From: a bacterium
GTDB taxonomy: Bacteria > Omnitrophota > Gorgyraeia > Aquiviventales > Aquiviventaceae
DNA: 64,000 nucleotides
NCBI GenBank assembly: GCA_036396895.1
Contig: DASWKB010000004.1
Span: forward strand, 8,829-72,828
Direction: 5' to 3'
The notes beneath the pieces are model-generated. The model had not been told where the DNA came from, did not search any database, and saw nothing but the letters and a program-made list of their open reading frames with translations. This document shows positions 48,068 through 56,289 of the stretch, piece after piece. How positions within the stretch are numbered: position 1 is the first letter of the stretch; the number at the start of each line of letters is the position of its first letter. Position numbers and translations under genes: made by a program.

Positions 48068-50704
48068 ATGTATACGATGGGGGAGCGGGTCATCCCGCGC
48101 GAGATCGAGGAGGAGATCAAGGACTCCTACCTCTCCTATGCGATGAGCGTCATCATCGGGCGCGCGCTGCCCGACGTCCGGGACGGCCTGAAGCCGGTCC
48201 ACCGGAGGATTCTCTACGCGATGCAGGACCTGGGCCTCTCGCCCGGGAAGCCGTACAAGAAGAGCGCGAGAATCGTCGGAGAAGTCCTCGGGAAGTACCA
48301 CCCGCACGGCGATGTCGCGGTGTACGACGCGCAGGTGCGCATGGTGCAGGACTTCAGCCTGCGCTACCCGCTCATCGACGGGCAGGGGAACTTCGGTTCG
48401 ATCGACGGCGACGCCGCGGCGGCGATGCGGTATACGGAAGCCCGCTTGGCGGCGATCGCCCAGGAGCTCCTGGCCGACATCGAGAAGGAGACCGTTGATT
48501 TCGGTCCGAACTTCGACGGATCGCTCATCGAGCCGAAGGTCCTGCCGTCACGGCTGCCGAACCTGCTGGTGAACGGGTCCAGCGGCATCGCCGTCGGGAT
48601 GGCGACCAACATCCCGCCGCATAACCTGGCGGAGATCGTCGACGCGGTCTGCGCGGTGATCGACGACCCGTCGATCGAGCTGCCCAAGCTGATGCGGCAC
48701 GTGCAGGGTCCGGACTTCCCGACGGGCGCGATCATTTGCGGCAAGGACGGGATCAAGGACGCCTACGCGACGGGCCGGGGCTCCCTGCGCGTGCGCGCGC
48801 GCGTGCAGTTGGAGCAGCTCAAGGGCAACCGGCAGGCGGTGGTCATCACGGAACTGCCGTATCAGGTGAACAAGGCGAACCTCCTGGAGACGATCGCCAA
48901 GCTTGTGAACGAGAAGACCGTGGAAGGGATCTCGGATTTGCGCGACGAATCCGACAAGGACGGGCTGCGGGTCGTCATCGAGCTCAAGCGGGACACCAAC
49001 GACCAGATCGTGCTGAACCAGCTCTACAAGCACACGCAGATGGAGACGACGTTCGGCATCATCATGCTGGCGCTCGCCGATGGGCGTCCGCGGGTGCTGG
49101 GGCTCAAGCCGATGCTCCAGTGCTTTATCGAGCACCGCAAGGACGTCGTGATTCGCCGCACGCGCCATGACCTGGCGAAGGCGGAGGACCGCGCCCACGT
49201 CCTGGAGGGGCTGAAGAAGGCCCTGAAGCACCTGGACGCGGTCATCAAGACAATCCGGCAGTCGAAGACGCCCGCCATCGCGAAGGAGGCGCTGGTGAAG
49301 CGCTTCAACTTCACCGAGCGGCAGGCCCAGGCGATCCTGGAAATGCAGCTGCAGCGCCTCACGGCGCTGGAGCGGGAGAAGCTGGAGGCCGAGTACCTCG
49401 AGCTCATCAAGAAGATCGAGTATTACCAGTCGCTCCTGAAGAGCGAGCAGAAAGTGCTCGGCGTGATCAAGGCGGAGCAGCAGGAGCTCAAGGAGCGCTT
49501 CGGCGATGCGCGCCGCACCGAGATCCTCGGGGAGGTGAAGGACTTCAAGATCGAGGACCTGATCGCGGAAGAGGACGTCGTCATCACGATCAGCCACTCG
49601 GGCTACATCAAGCGGCTGCCGGTGTCGGCGTACCGGCGGCAGCGGCGCGGCGGGGTCGGGGTGACCGCGATGGACACGAAGGACGAGGATTTCGTCGAGC
49701 ACCTCTTCGTCGCCTCCACGCACGAGACGCTCATCTTCTTCACCGACAAGGGGCGGGCGTACTGGCTCAAGGTGCACGAGGTCCCGCAGGCCAGCCGCTA
49801 CGCGCGCGGCACGGCGATCGTGAACCTCCTGGCGCTCACCGGAGGCGAGCGGCTCTCGACCTTCATCGCGGTGAAGCGCTTCGAGGAAAAGCGATTCCTC
49901 GTGATGGCGACCGCCTCGGGTATGGTGAAGAAAACCGCGCTGGAAGCCTACAGCAATCCCCGCAAGGCCGGCATCATCGCGATCACCGTCGAATCCGGCG
50001 ATGAGCTGATCGAGGTGATCGTCACCGATGGGGAGCGGGAGCTCCTCCTGCTGACGCGCCAGGGCAAGGCGATCCGGTTCCCGGAGGCCCAGGTGCGGGA
50101 GACCGGCCGCTCGGCCCGCGGGGTGCGCGGGGTGCGCCTCGAGAAGAACGACGGCGTGATCGCGATGGCCGTCGTCCAGCCGAAGGCGGACCTCGTGACG
50201 GTGACAGCGCTCGGGTTCGGCAAGCGGACGCCGCTGGAAGCGCACCGGGTGCAGAGCCGGGGCGGGAAGGGCATCATCAGCATCAGGGTCACGGAGAAGA
50301 ACGGCGAGGTCGTCGGCGCCAAGACGGTGACGGACCGGGATGAAGTCATGCTCATTTCGCAGGAAGGCATGATGGTCCGCTGCCCGGTCAAGGACGTGCG
50401 CGAAACCGGACGCGCGGCGCAGGGCGTGCGGCTCATCAGCATCAAGGGGAAGGACCGCGTCGCGTCCGTGGCGGCCGTCGTCCCAAAGGAAAAGGAAGAA
50501 GCGGACATCGAGGAGCTCCCCGGAGGCGAAGAGGCGGCGGCAAAGACGGAATCGCCGGGAGCCCAGGCCGGGGAGGCGGAACCCTCCGGAGCGGAACCCG
50601 CCGCGACTCCGGAGCCCAACGCCGCGCGGAAAGCGCCGGCCAAGAAACCGCCCGCGCCGCGCCGCGCCAAAGCCGCAGCCGCGCCGAAGCGCAAACGGCG
50701 CTAA
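48068..50704 (+). CDS. gyrA: DNA gyrase subunit A with acidic-then-basic low-complexity C-terminal tail
   Basis: [49 protein letters not shown]; beta-pinwheel repeats. Tail ...[24 protein letters not shown]. Confidence 0.95.
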   Translation: MYTMGERVIPREIEEEIKDSYLSYAMSVIIGRALPDVRDGLKPVHRRILYAMQDLGLSPGKPYKKSARIVGEVLGKYHPHGDVAVYDAQVRMVQDFSLRYPLIDGQGNFGSIDGDAAAAMRYTEARLAAIAQELLADIEKETVDFGPNFDGSLIEPKVLPSRLPNLLVNGSSGIAVGMATNIPPHNLAEIVDAVCAVIDDPSIELPKLMRHVQGPDFPTGAIICGKDGIKDAYATGRGSLRVRARVQLEQLKGNRQAVVITELPYQVNKANLLETIAKLVNEKTVEGISDLRDESDKDGLRVVIELKRDTNDQIVLNQLYKHTQMETTFGIIMLALADGRPRVLGLKPMLQCFIEHRKDVVIRRTRHDLAKAEDRAHVLEGLKKALKHLDAVIKTIRQSKTPAIAKEALVKRFNFTERQAQAILEMQLQRLTALEREKLEAEYLELIKKIEYYQSLLKSEQKVLGVIKAEQQELKERFGDARRTEILGEVKDFKIEDLIAEEDVVITISHSGYIKRLPVSAYRRQRRGGVGVTAMDTKDEDFVEHLFVASTHETLIFFTDKGRAYWLKVHEVPQASRYARGTAIVNLLALTGGERLSTFIAVKRFEEKRFLVMATASGMVKKTALEAYSNPRKAGIIAITVESGDELIEVIVTDGERELLLLTRQGKAIRFPEAQVRETGRSARGVRGVRLEKNDGVIAMAVVQPKADLVTVTALGFGKRTPLEAHRVQSRGGKGIISIRVTEKNGEVVGAKTVTDRDEVMLISQEGMMVRCPVKDVRETGRAAQGVRLISIKGKDRVASVAAVVPKEKEEADIEELPGGEEAAAKTESPGAQAGEAEPSGAEPAATPEPNAARKAPAKKPPAPRRAKAAAAPKRKRR

Positions 50705-50720
50705 CTGCTTAACCGGGACC

Positions 50721-50819
50721 GGTCTGAAGCTGGAAACTGGAGGATGGAAGCTAGAACTCGCGGTGGAGAATTGAGCGAGCTCTTTCGAGCTTCTAGCGTC
50801 CAGCCTCCAGCTTCCGACC
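50721..50819. repeat. Word-built inverted repeat, GGAAGCT family, downstream of gyrA
   Basis: GGTCTGAAGCTGGAAACTGGAGGATGGAAGCTAGAAC - loop - TTCGAGCTTCTAGCGTCCAGCCTCCAGCTTCCGACC. Confidence 0.85.
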
Positions 50820-50839
50820 ATGGATTTTCACGGATTCGT

Positions 50840-50900
50840 GTCCCCATCGTCTAATGGTCAGGACACCCCGCCTTCGGCGGGGCGGTGGGGGTTCGATTCC
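50840..50900 (+). pseudogene. Truncated tRNA-Glu-derived element (no 3' T-stem or acceptor strand; anticodon arm replaced by a 7-bp stem with a TTCG loop)
   Basis: GTCCCCATCGTCTAATGGTCAGGACA and CGGTGGGGGTTCGATTCC are identical to the intact tRNA-Glu at 51170. The middle reads CCCCGCC-TTCG-GGCGGGG. It ends at TTCGATTCC, directly abutting the ATG at 50901. Confidence 0.75.
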
Positions 50901-51161
50901 ATGGTGCATACCGTCTATATTCTTAAGAGCTTGCGTACAGGCCGCCGGTACATTGGAGTGACTCAGGATCTCCAACGTCGTCTTGCAGACCACAATCGCG
51001 GGAAAAACAAGTCTGTGCGCGGTCGTGGACCTTACGAAGTTATCTGGACTGAGGAATGCGCAACCCGAGATGAAGCCGTACAGCGCGAGAAGCAGCTCAA
51101 GCGACAAAAGGGCGGAGAAGGGTTAGGGCGGCTTCTTGCCGCGAACGCGCGAGGCGAATAA
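50901..51161 (+). CDS. Small GIY-YIG (URI-domain) nuclease family protein
   Basis: MVHTVYILKSLRTGRRYIGVTQDLQRRLADHNRG...RGPYEVIWTEECATRDEAVQREKQLKRQK. The pattern is GIY/YIG, R, E. The listed ORF from 50820 reads through the tRNA-like element. Confidence 0.8.
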   Translation: MVHTVYILKSLRTGRRYIGVTQDLQRRLADHNRGKNKSVRGRGPYEVIWTEECATRDEAVQREKQLKRQKGGEGLGRLLAANARGE

Positions 51162-51169
51162 CAATTCGT

Positions 51170-51241
51170 GTCCCCATCGTCTAATGGTCAGGACAAGAGC
51201 CTTTCGAGCTCTCGGTGGGGGTTCGATTCCCCCTGGGGACA
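51170..51241 (+). tRNA. tRNA-Glu (anticodon TTC), no encoded CCA
   Basis: GTCCCCA/TGGGGAC acceptor, AGAGC-CTTTCGA-GCTCT anticodon arm, GGGGG-TTCGATT-CCCCC T-arm. Confidence 0.9.
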
Positions 51242-51273
51242 CGGGACTCTTCGGCACGAAGTCAGAAGTCGCC

Positions 51274-51307
51274 GGGAAGCTGGAGGATGGACGCTAGAAG
51301 CTGGAAT
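51274..51307. repeat. Single arm of the GGAAGCT family (forward orientation)
   Basis: GGGAAGCTGGAGGATGGACGCTAGAAGCTGGAAT. Near-complement of the arm at 50784-50819. Confidence 0.8.
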
Positions 51308-51364
51308 TATCGAACGGTGGAGGCGACTCCCGGTTTCCGGCTTCTCGCCCGCTCTTAACCGCTG

Positions 51365-52438
51365 ATGAGGTCAACGGGAGACTACTGGCTCGCACGCGGA
51401 CGGGTGATCGCACCGAACGGCGTCCTCGAGGGCGCCGTTCGCGTCTCGGGTGGGGCGATCTCGATGGTGGCGTCCCGGCCCCCGCGGCGATCCAGGGCGA
51501 TCGACGTCGGCGGGAGGCTGATCGCTCCCGGGTTCATCGACCTGCATGTCTGGGGCGACCCCGAGCGGCTCGCGCGGGAGCTGCCCGCGCAAGGCACGAC
51601 GGCGTTTCTCATCGGGATCGGGCCGGAGCCTCCGAAGGTGTTCAGGGCGCGTCGGAGGGTCACGGGGCCGCCGTCAGGCGCGCGGTGCCTCGGCGCGCAC
51701 TGCGAAGGCCCGTTTCTCTCGCCGGCGCGGCCCGGCACGCTGCCGGCGCGGTGGATGCGGAGGCCGGCCGGCGCCGACCTGAACGCGATGGCGCGCCTGG
51801 GGGCCAGGATCGTGACGCTCGCGCCCGAACGGCCGGGCGCGCTCGAGGCGATCCGCTGGCTCCGGCGCCGGCGCATCGTGGTGTCGCTCGGGCACAGCGA
51901 CGCGGACGCGGAGACGGCCGAGCGCGCGGCCGCGGCCGGCGCGCGGGCGGTGACGCACGTCTTTAACGGCATGCGGCCGTTTCACCACCGCGCGCCCGGG
52001 CTCATCGATGCGGCGCTCGCGGACCCGCGGCTGACGGCGATGGTGATCGCGGACGGCCATCACGTCAGCGCGAGCGCGCTCGCGCTCCTCCTGCGGCAGA
52101 AGGGGTGGCGCGGGACCGCTCTGGTGACGGATTCGGTCCGGGCCGTTCAGCAGGCGTGGCGGCTCACGTTCAACGGCGGCGTCTACCGGGACGCCCGCGG
52201 CGTCCTCGCGGGCAGCGCGTTGGCCATGATGCGCGCTGTCCGGAACGCCGTGGAGCTCGGCGGCGCGTCCGTCGAGGACGCGGTGCGGATGGCCGCGGAG
52301 ACGCCGGCGCGGCTCTTGGGCGAGACCCGGCGCGGCGCGATCGCGCCGGGCCGGCGGGCGGACCTGGTCGTCCTGGACGAGCGCCTGCGGGTGTGCCTCA
52401 CCATCATCGGCGGCGAGGCGGTGTACGGCGGCGTCTGA
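51365..52438 (+). CDS. nagA: N-acetylglucosamine-6-phosphate deacetylase-like amidohydrolase
   Basis: APGFIDLHVWG, GAHCEGPFLS, VTLAPE, SLGHSDA, THVFNGM, DGHH; located next to glmS. Confidence 0.7.
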   Translation: MRSTGDYWLARGRVIAPNGVLEGAVRVSGGAISMVASRPPRRSRAIDVGGRLIAPGFIDLHVWGDPERLARELPAQGTTAFLIGIGPEPPKVFRARRRVTGPPSGARCLGAHCEGPFLSPARPGTLPARWMRRPAGADLNAMARLGARIVTLAPERPGALEAIRWLRRRRIVVSLGHSDADAETAERAAAAGARAVTHVFNGMRPFHHRAPGLIDAALADPRLTAMVIADGHHVSASALALLLRQKGWRGTALVTDSVRAVQQAWRLTFNGGVYRDARGVLAGSALAMMRAVRNAVELGGASVEDAVRMAAETPARLLGETRRGAIAPGRRADLVVLDERLRVCLTIIGGEAVYGGV

Positions 52439-52468
52439 CGGCGCCGTCCGGAAGGAGCCACGAACATC

Positions 52469-54310
52469 ATGTGCGGCATCGTCGGATATGTGGGGTTCCG
52501 GGAGAGCGTGGAGACGATCCTCGAAGCGCTCGCCCGGCTCGAGTACCGGGGGTATGACTCGGCGGGCATCGCCGTTGTGGACGGCGGCAAGCTCGCCATC
52601 CGCCGCAAGGCGGGGAAGCTGCAGAGCCTGATCGAGGACCTGCGCCGGCGGCCCATCCGCGGCTCGGTCGGCATCGGGCATACGCGCTGGGCCACGCACG
52701 GGGAGCCCTCGGAAGCCAACGCGCACCCGCACGCGGACACCCACGGCCGCCTCGCCGTGGTCCATAACGGCATCATCGAGAATTACGCGCCGCTCAAGGA
52801 GCGGCTCCTCGGCCGCGGCCACGTGTTCCGCTCCAAGACGGACACGGAGGTCATCGTCCACCTCGTCGCCGAGTACGCGAAGCGGATGGGCGTCGCCCGG
52901 GCGTTCCGTCGGGCGCTGCGAGACCTGCAGGGCTCCTACGCGGCGTGTCTCGTGAGCGCCGATGAGCCCGGACGGATTTTCGGCGCCCGCCACGGCAGCC
53001 CGCTCATCGTGGGCATCGGCGCCAAGGAAGCGTTCTTCGCCAGCGACGTGCCGGCCATCCTCGGCTGGACGAAGCGGGTGGTCTATCTCAACGACGGCGA
53101 CGTGGTGGAGCTCACCGCCTCCGGGCTCACGGTGACCGACCTGGCGGGACGCCGGGTCGCGCGCCGTCCGGCGCGGGTGACGTGGGACATCGGCTCGGCC
53201 CGCAAGGAGGGCTTCGCACACTACATGCTGAAGGAGATCCACGAGCAGCCGGCCGCCGTCGAGCAGACGCTCGCCAACCGGCTCGACGCCGCGAAGGGCC
53301 GCCTCCAGTTCGACGCCCGCACGCGGCGGTTTCTCGCCGGGCTGCATGCGCAGGAGAAGCTCATCATCATCGCCTGCGGCACCGCCTATCACGCGGGCCT
53401 GGTCGGGGAGTACATGCTGGAGGAGTTCGCGGGGATTCCGGTGGACGTGGACCTGGCTAGCGAGTTCCGCTACCGCGGGCCCATGCTGGACCGGCGCACG
53501 ACGGTGATCGCCATCACGCAGTCCGGGGAGACCGCCGACACGCTCGCGGGCGTGCGTCTCGCGAAAGAGCGCGGGGCCAAGGTACTCGCCGTCTGCAACG
53601 TCATGGGATCGTCCATCGCCCGCGAGGCGGACGCGGTCCTGTACACGCACGCGGGGCCGGAGATCGCCGTCGCCTCGACCAAGGCGTACACGGCCCAGCT
53701 CACGGCGCTCACGCTCTTGACGCTCGCGCTGGCGAAGCGGCGCGGGCGGTTCTCGCGCGCCCGCTGGCGGCAGCTGCTCGGCGGTCTCGCGGCGCTGCCG
53801 GGGCTGATCGAGCGGACGCTCAAGCGGACCGAGGCGGACGCGCGCACCGCGGCGGCGAAGTACGCCGGATGCCGGAACTTCTACTACCTGGGCCGGCGGT
53901 ACAACTACCCGAGCGCGCTCGAGGGAGCGCTGAAACTCAAGGAGATCTGCCCGCTCATCCACGCCGAGGGCTACGCGTCCGGGGAGATGAAGCACGGCCC
54001 CATCTCGCTCATCCGCATGGGCTGGCCCGTCGTCGTCCTGGCGCCCCAGTCCCCGGTGTACGAGAAGGTGGTGTCGAATATCGAAGAGGTCCGGGCGCGG
54101 CGGGGGGAATGTATCGTCGTCGCGTCCGAAGGGGACGCGCAGATCCGCCGCTGCGCCGACAGTCTGATGACGATCCCGAAGACCGAGGAGCTCTTCTCGC
54201 CGATTCTCGCGGCGGTGCCGCTGCAGCTGTTCGCCTATTACGTCGCCTGCGAGAACAAGTGCGACGTGGATCAGCCGCCCAACCTGGCCAAGAGCGTCAC
54301 CGTGGAGTAG
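52469..54310 (+). CDS. glmS: Glutamine--fructose-6-phosphate aminotransferase
   Basis: MCGIVGYVG, RLEYRGYDSAGIAV, HTRWATHG, two SIS domains, C-terminal DQPPNLAKSVTVE. Confidence 0.95.
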   Translation: MCGIVGYVGFRESVETILEALARLEYRGYDSAGIAVVDGGKLAIRRKAGKLQSLIEDLRRRPIRGSVGIGHTRWATHGEPSEANAHPHADTHGRLAVVHNGIIENYAPLKERLLGRGHVFRSKTDTEVIVHLVAEYAKRMGVARAFRRALRDLQGSYAACLVSADEPGRIFGARHGSPLIVGIGAKEAFFASDVPAILGWTKRVVYLNDGDVVELTASGLTVTDLAGRRVARRPARVTWDIGSARKEGFAHYMLKEIHEQPAAVEQTLANRLDAAKGRLQFDARTRRFLAGLHAQEKLIIIACGTAYHAGLVGEYMLEEFAGIPVDVDLASEFRYRGPMLDRRTTVIAITQSGETADTLAGVRLAKERGAKVLAVCNVMGSSIAREADAVLYTHAGPEIAVASTKAYTAQLTALTLLTLALAKRRGRFSRARWRQLLGGLAALPGLIERTLKRTEADARTAAAKYAGCRNFYYLGRRYNYPSALEGALKLKEICPLIHAEGYASGEMKHGPISLIRMGWPVVVLAPQSPVYEKVVSNIEEVRARRGECIVVASEGDAQIRRCADSLMTIPKTEELFSPILAAVPLQLFAYYVACENKCDVDQPPNLAKSVTVE

Positions 54311-54317
54311 CACCCGG

Positions 54318-54412
54318 CGAGAAGGTGGAAGGTGGAAGATGGACGATGGAACGCGGGACGACACATGCAGGCGCCGCCACCACCTTCTACCATCTACACG
54401 CTCCCTTCTCGG
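54318..54412. repeat. Word-built inverted repeat, GAAGGT family
   Basis: CGAGAAGGTGGAAGGTGGAAGATGGACGATGGAAC - loop - GCCACCACCTTCTACCATCTACACGCTCCCTTCTCGG. Confidence 0.75.
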
Positions 54413-54421
54413 ATGTGACGG

Positions 54422-55111
54422 ATGACGGGCACGCTGGCGGTGGTCTCGACGCCGATCGGCAACCTTTCGGACATGACGTTCCGCGGGGTCGAGACGCTCA
54501 AAGCCGCCTCGCGGATCGCCTGCGAGGACACGCGGCAGACGGCGAAGCTGCTCGCCCGCTACGGCATCCGCGCGCGCACCGTCAGTCTCCATGAGCACAA
54601 CGAGCGGGCCCGGGCGCCCGAGCTGCTGGAGGCCCTGGAGGGCGGGGACACCGTGGCGCTCGTGTCCGACGGGGGGACCCCGCTCATCAGCGACCCCGGG
54701 TGGCGGCTGGTCCGTGGCGCGATCGAGCGAGGGATCGCGGTGACGTGGATCCCGGGGCCCTCGGCGCTGATCGGCGCGCTCGTCCTCTCCGGCTTGCCGA
54801 CGGACCGGTTCACGTTCGAAGGGTTCTTGCCGGTGAAACCCGGCGCGCGCCGCCGGCGCCTGGAGACACTCGCCCGGGAGGGACGGACGGTGGTTCTGTT
54901 TGAGTCTCCGCACCGGCTGTGCCGGCTGCTGGGCGAACTGCGGGAGGCGGCGGGAGATGTGCAGGCGGCCTGCGCCAGAGAGCTCAGCAAGCAGTTCGAG
55001 GAGGTGCGCCGCGGCCCGGTCAGCGAGCTCGAGGCGCATTTTGCCCGCGTCACACCCCGCGGCGAATTCGTTGTCGTCGCCTCCATGCCAAACAAATCGG
55101 GGACGCTCTAG
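54422..55111 (+). CDS. rsmI: 16S rRNA (cytidine1402-2'-O)-methyltransferase
   Basis: GTLAVVSTPIGNLSDMT.R..ETL.....IACEDTR.T..LL, SDGGTPLISDPG. Confidence 0.85.
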   Translation: MTGTLAVVSTPIGNLSDMTFRGVETLKAASRIACEDTRQTAKLLARYGIRARTVSLHEHNERARAPELLEALEGGDTVALVSDGGTPLISDPGWRLVRGAIERGIAVTWIPGPSALIGALVLSGLPTDRFTFEGFLPVKPGARRRRLETLAREGRTVVLFESPHRLCRLLGELREAAGDVQAACARELSKQFEEVRRGPVSELEAHFARVTPRGEFVVVASMPNKSGTL

Positions 55112-55242
55112 ATAACATGATGAATGGTTCAAGGGGCGCATGATCAGGCATCACGGGCGGCTGATTGGACGCAAGCGAGGAAGGCCGAGGGGGAATTTAT
55201 TCACAACTATCACGGCAAGAAAGGGATACCTAGAGCGTCCCC

Positions 55243-56082
55243 ATGAATAGGGTGCATGAGACGGCGGTAATCGGGAAGGGCGTGTCGCTCGGAGACGGCA
55301 ATGACATCGGGCCGGGCTGTATGCTCGAAGACGGGGTGGTCCTGGGCTCAGGGAACCGTCTGTGGATGAACGTCTATATCGGCCCCGGGACCACGATGGG
55401 GGACGAGAACCAGGTGCATATGGGAGCCGTGGTCGGCCATCAGCCCCAGGACCTGGCCTACACCGGAGCGGATACCTTCACCCGCATCGGCCACCGGAAC
55501 ACGATCCGGGAATACGTCACGATCCACCGGGGGACCAAGGACGGCACCGCGACCGAGATCGGCGATGACAATTTCTTCATGGCGAACGCCCACATCGCCC
55601 ACAACTGCCGGATCGGCTCGAAGGTCATCCTGGTCAACCTGGCCAGCCTGACCGGCCATTGCGTCATCGGGGACCAGGCGTTCATCTCCGGCATCGTCGG
55701 CCTGCATCAGTTCACCCGGATCGGCCGCCTGGCCATGATCAGCGCCCTCTCGGCCGTCAACAAAGACGTGCCCCCGTTCATGCTGTGCGGGGGGCGGCCG
55801 GCGGTGGTCCAGGGCGTGAACGTCGTCGGACTTCGCCGGGCCGGATTCCCGCTACCGGTCCGGGAAGAGATCAGGAGAGCCCATAGGATCCTCTATCGGG
55901 AGGGGAGCAGCATCGGCACCGCGGTCGAGGAGCTGGAAAATTCGCTGCAGAGTCCCGAATCCAGGGAAATCCTCGAGTTTGTCAAGTCGTCCACGCGAGG
56001 AATTTGCGGCGGGATCGGCTCCGATCCATCCGAGTCTGAGGATTCCATCCTGCCTCGTCGGCGCCACGCCAGCGCTGAGTAA
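55243..56082 (+). CDS. lpxA: Acyl-ACP--UDP-N-acetylglucosamine O-acyltransferase
   Basis: Hexapeptide repeats throughout; IGHRNTIREYVTIHRGT, AHIAHNC.IG, GLHQF.RIG, GLRR.GF. Confidence 0.85.
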   Translation: MNRVHETAVIGKGVSLGDGNDIGPGCMLEDGVVLGSGNRLWMNVYIGPGTTMGDENQVHMGAVVGHQPQDLAYTGADTFTRIGHRNTIREYVTIHRGTKDGTATEIGDDNFFMANAHIAHNCRIGSKVILVNLASLTGHCVIGDQAFISGIVGLHQFTRIGRLAMISALSAVNKDVPPFMLCGGRPAVVQGVNVVGLRRAGFPLPVREEIRRAHRILYREGSSIGTAVEELENSLQSPESREILEFVKSSTRGICGGIGSDPSESEDSILPRRRHASAE

Positions 56083-56195
56083 GCTTCTTTTCCTCTATAT
56101 CTTGAGGTTTTTGCTCCCAGGCCTCACAAACCACTACGGAGTGGCATAACGATTTCCCGGCACACTGCACTTTTCATAAATAGATAAGAAAGATG

Positions 56196-56223
56196 TTGAC
56201 AATCATTTTACTTTAGCTAAAAT
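56196..56223 (+). promoter_or_regulatory. Near-consensus sigma70-type promoter in an AT-rich gap
   Basis: TTGACA - 16 nt - TAAAAT, about 65 nt upstream of ATG 56290. Confidence 0.55.
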
Positions 56224-56289
56224 AGCTGGGCTGTTTAACGAGCAGGCTTGGAACCAACATGCAACTCGGCTGTGGGAGGCCTGGTAGGC

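Noticed and set aside
50820-51365. Listed ORFs 50820-51161 (113 aa) and 51168-51365 (65 aa) taken at face value
   Set aside because: The first 27 codons of the former and most of the latter are translations of the tRNA-Glu-like and tRNA-Glu sequences (VSPSSNGQD...RWGFDS appears in both). Only the GIY-YIG part from ATG 50901 is credible coding sequence.
51674-55141. 1155-aa minus-strand ORF, the longest complete ORF in the track
   Set aside because: It lies antisense to nagA, glmS and rsmI, all of which have unmistakable motifs. Its translation is Arg/Pro/His/Gly/Asp-rich low complexity, typical of open antisense frames in high-GC DNA.
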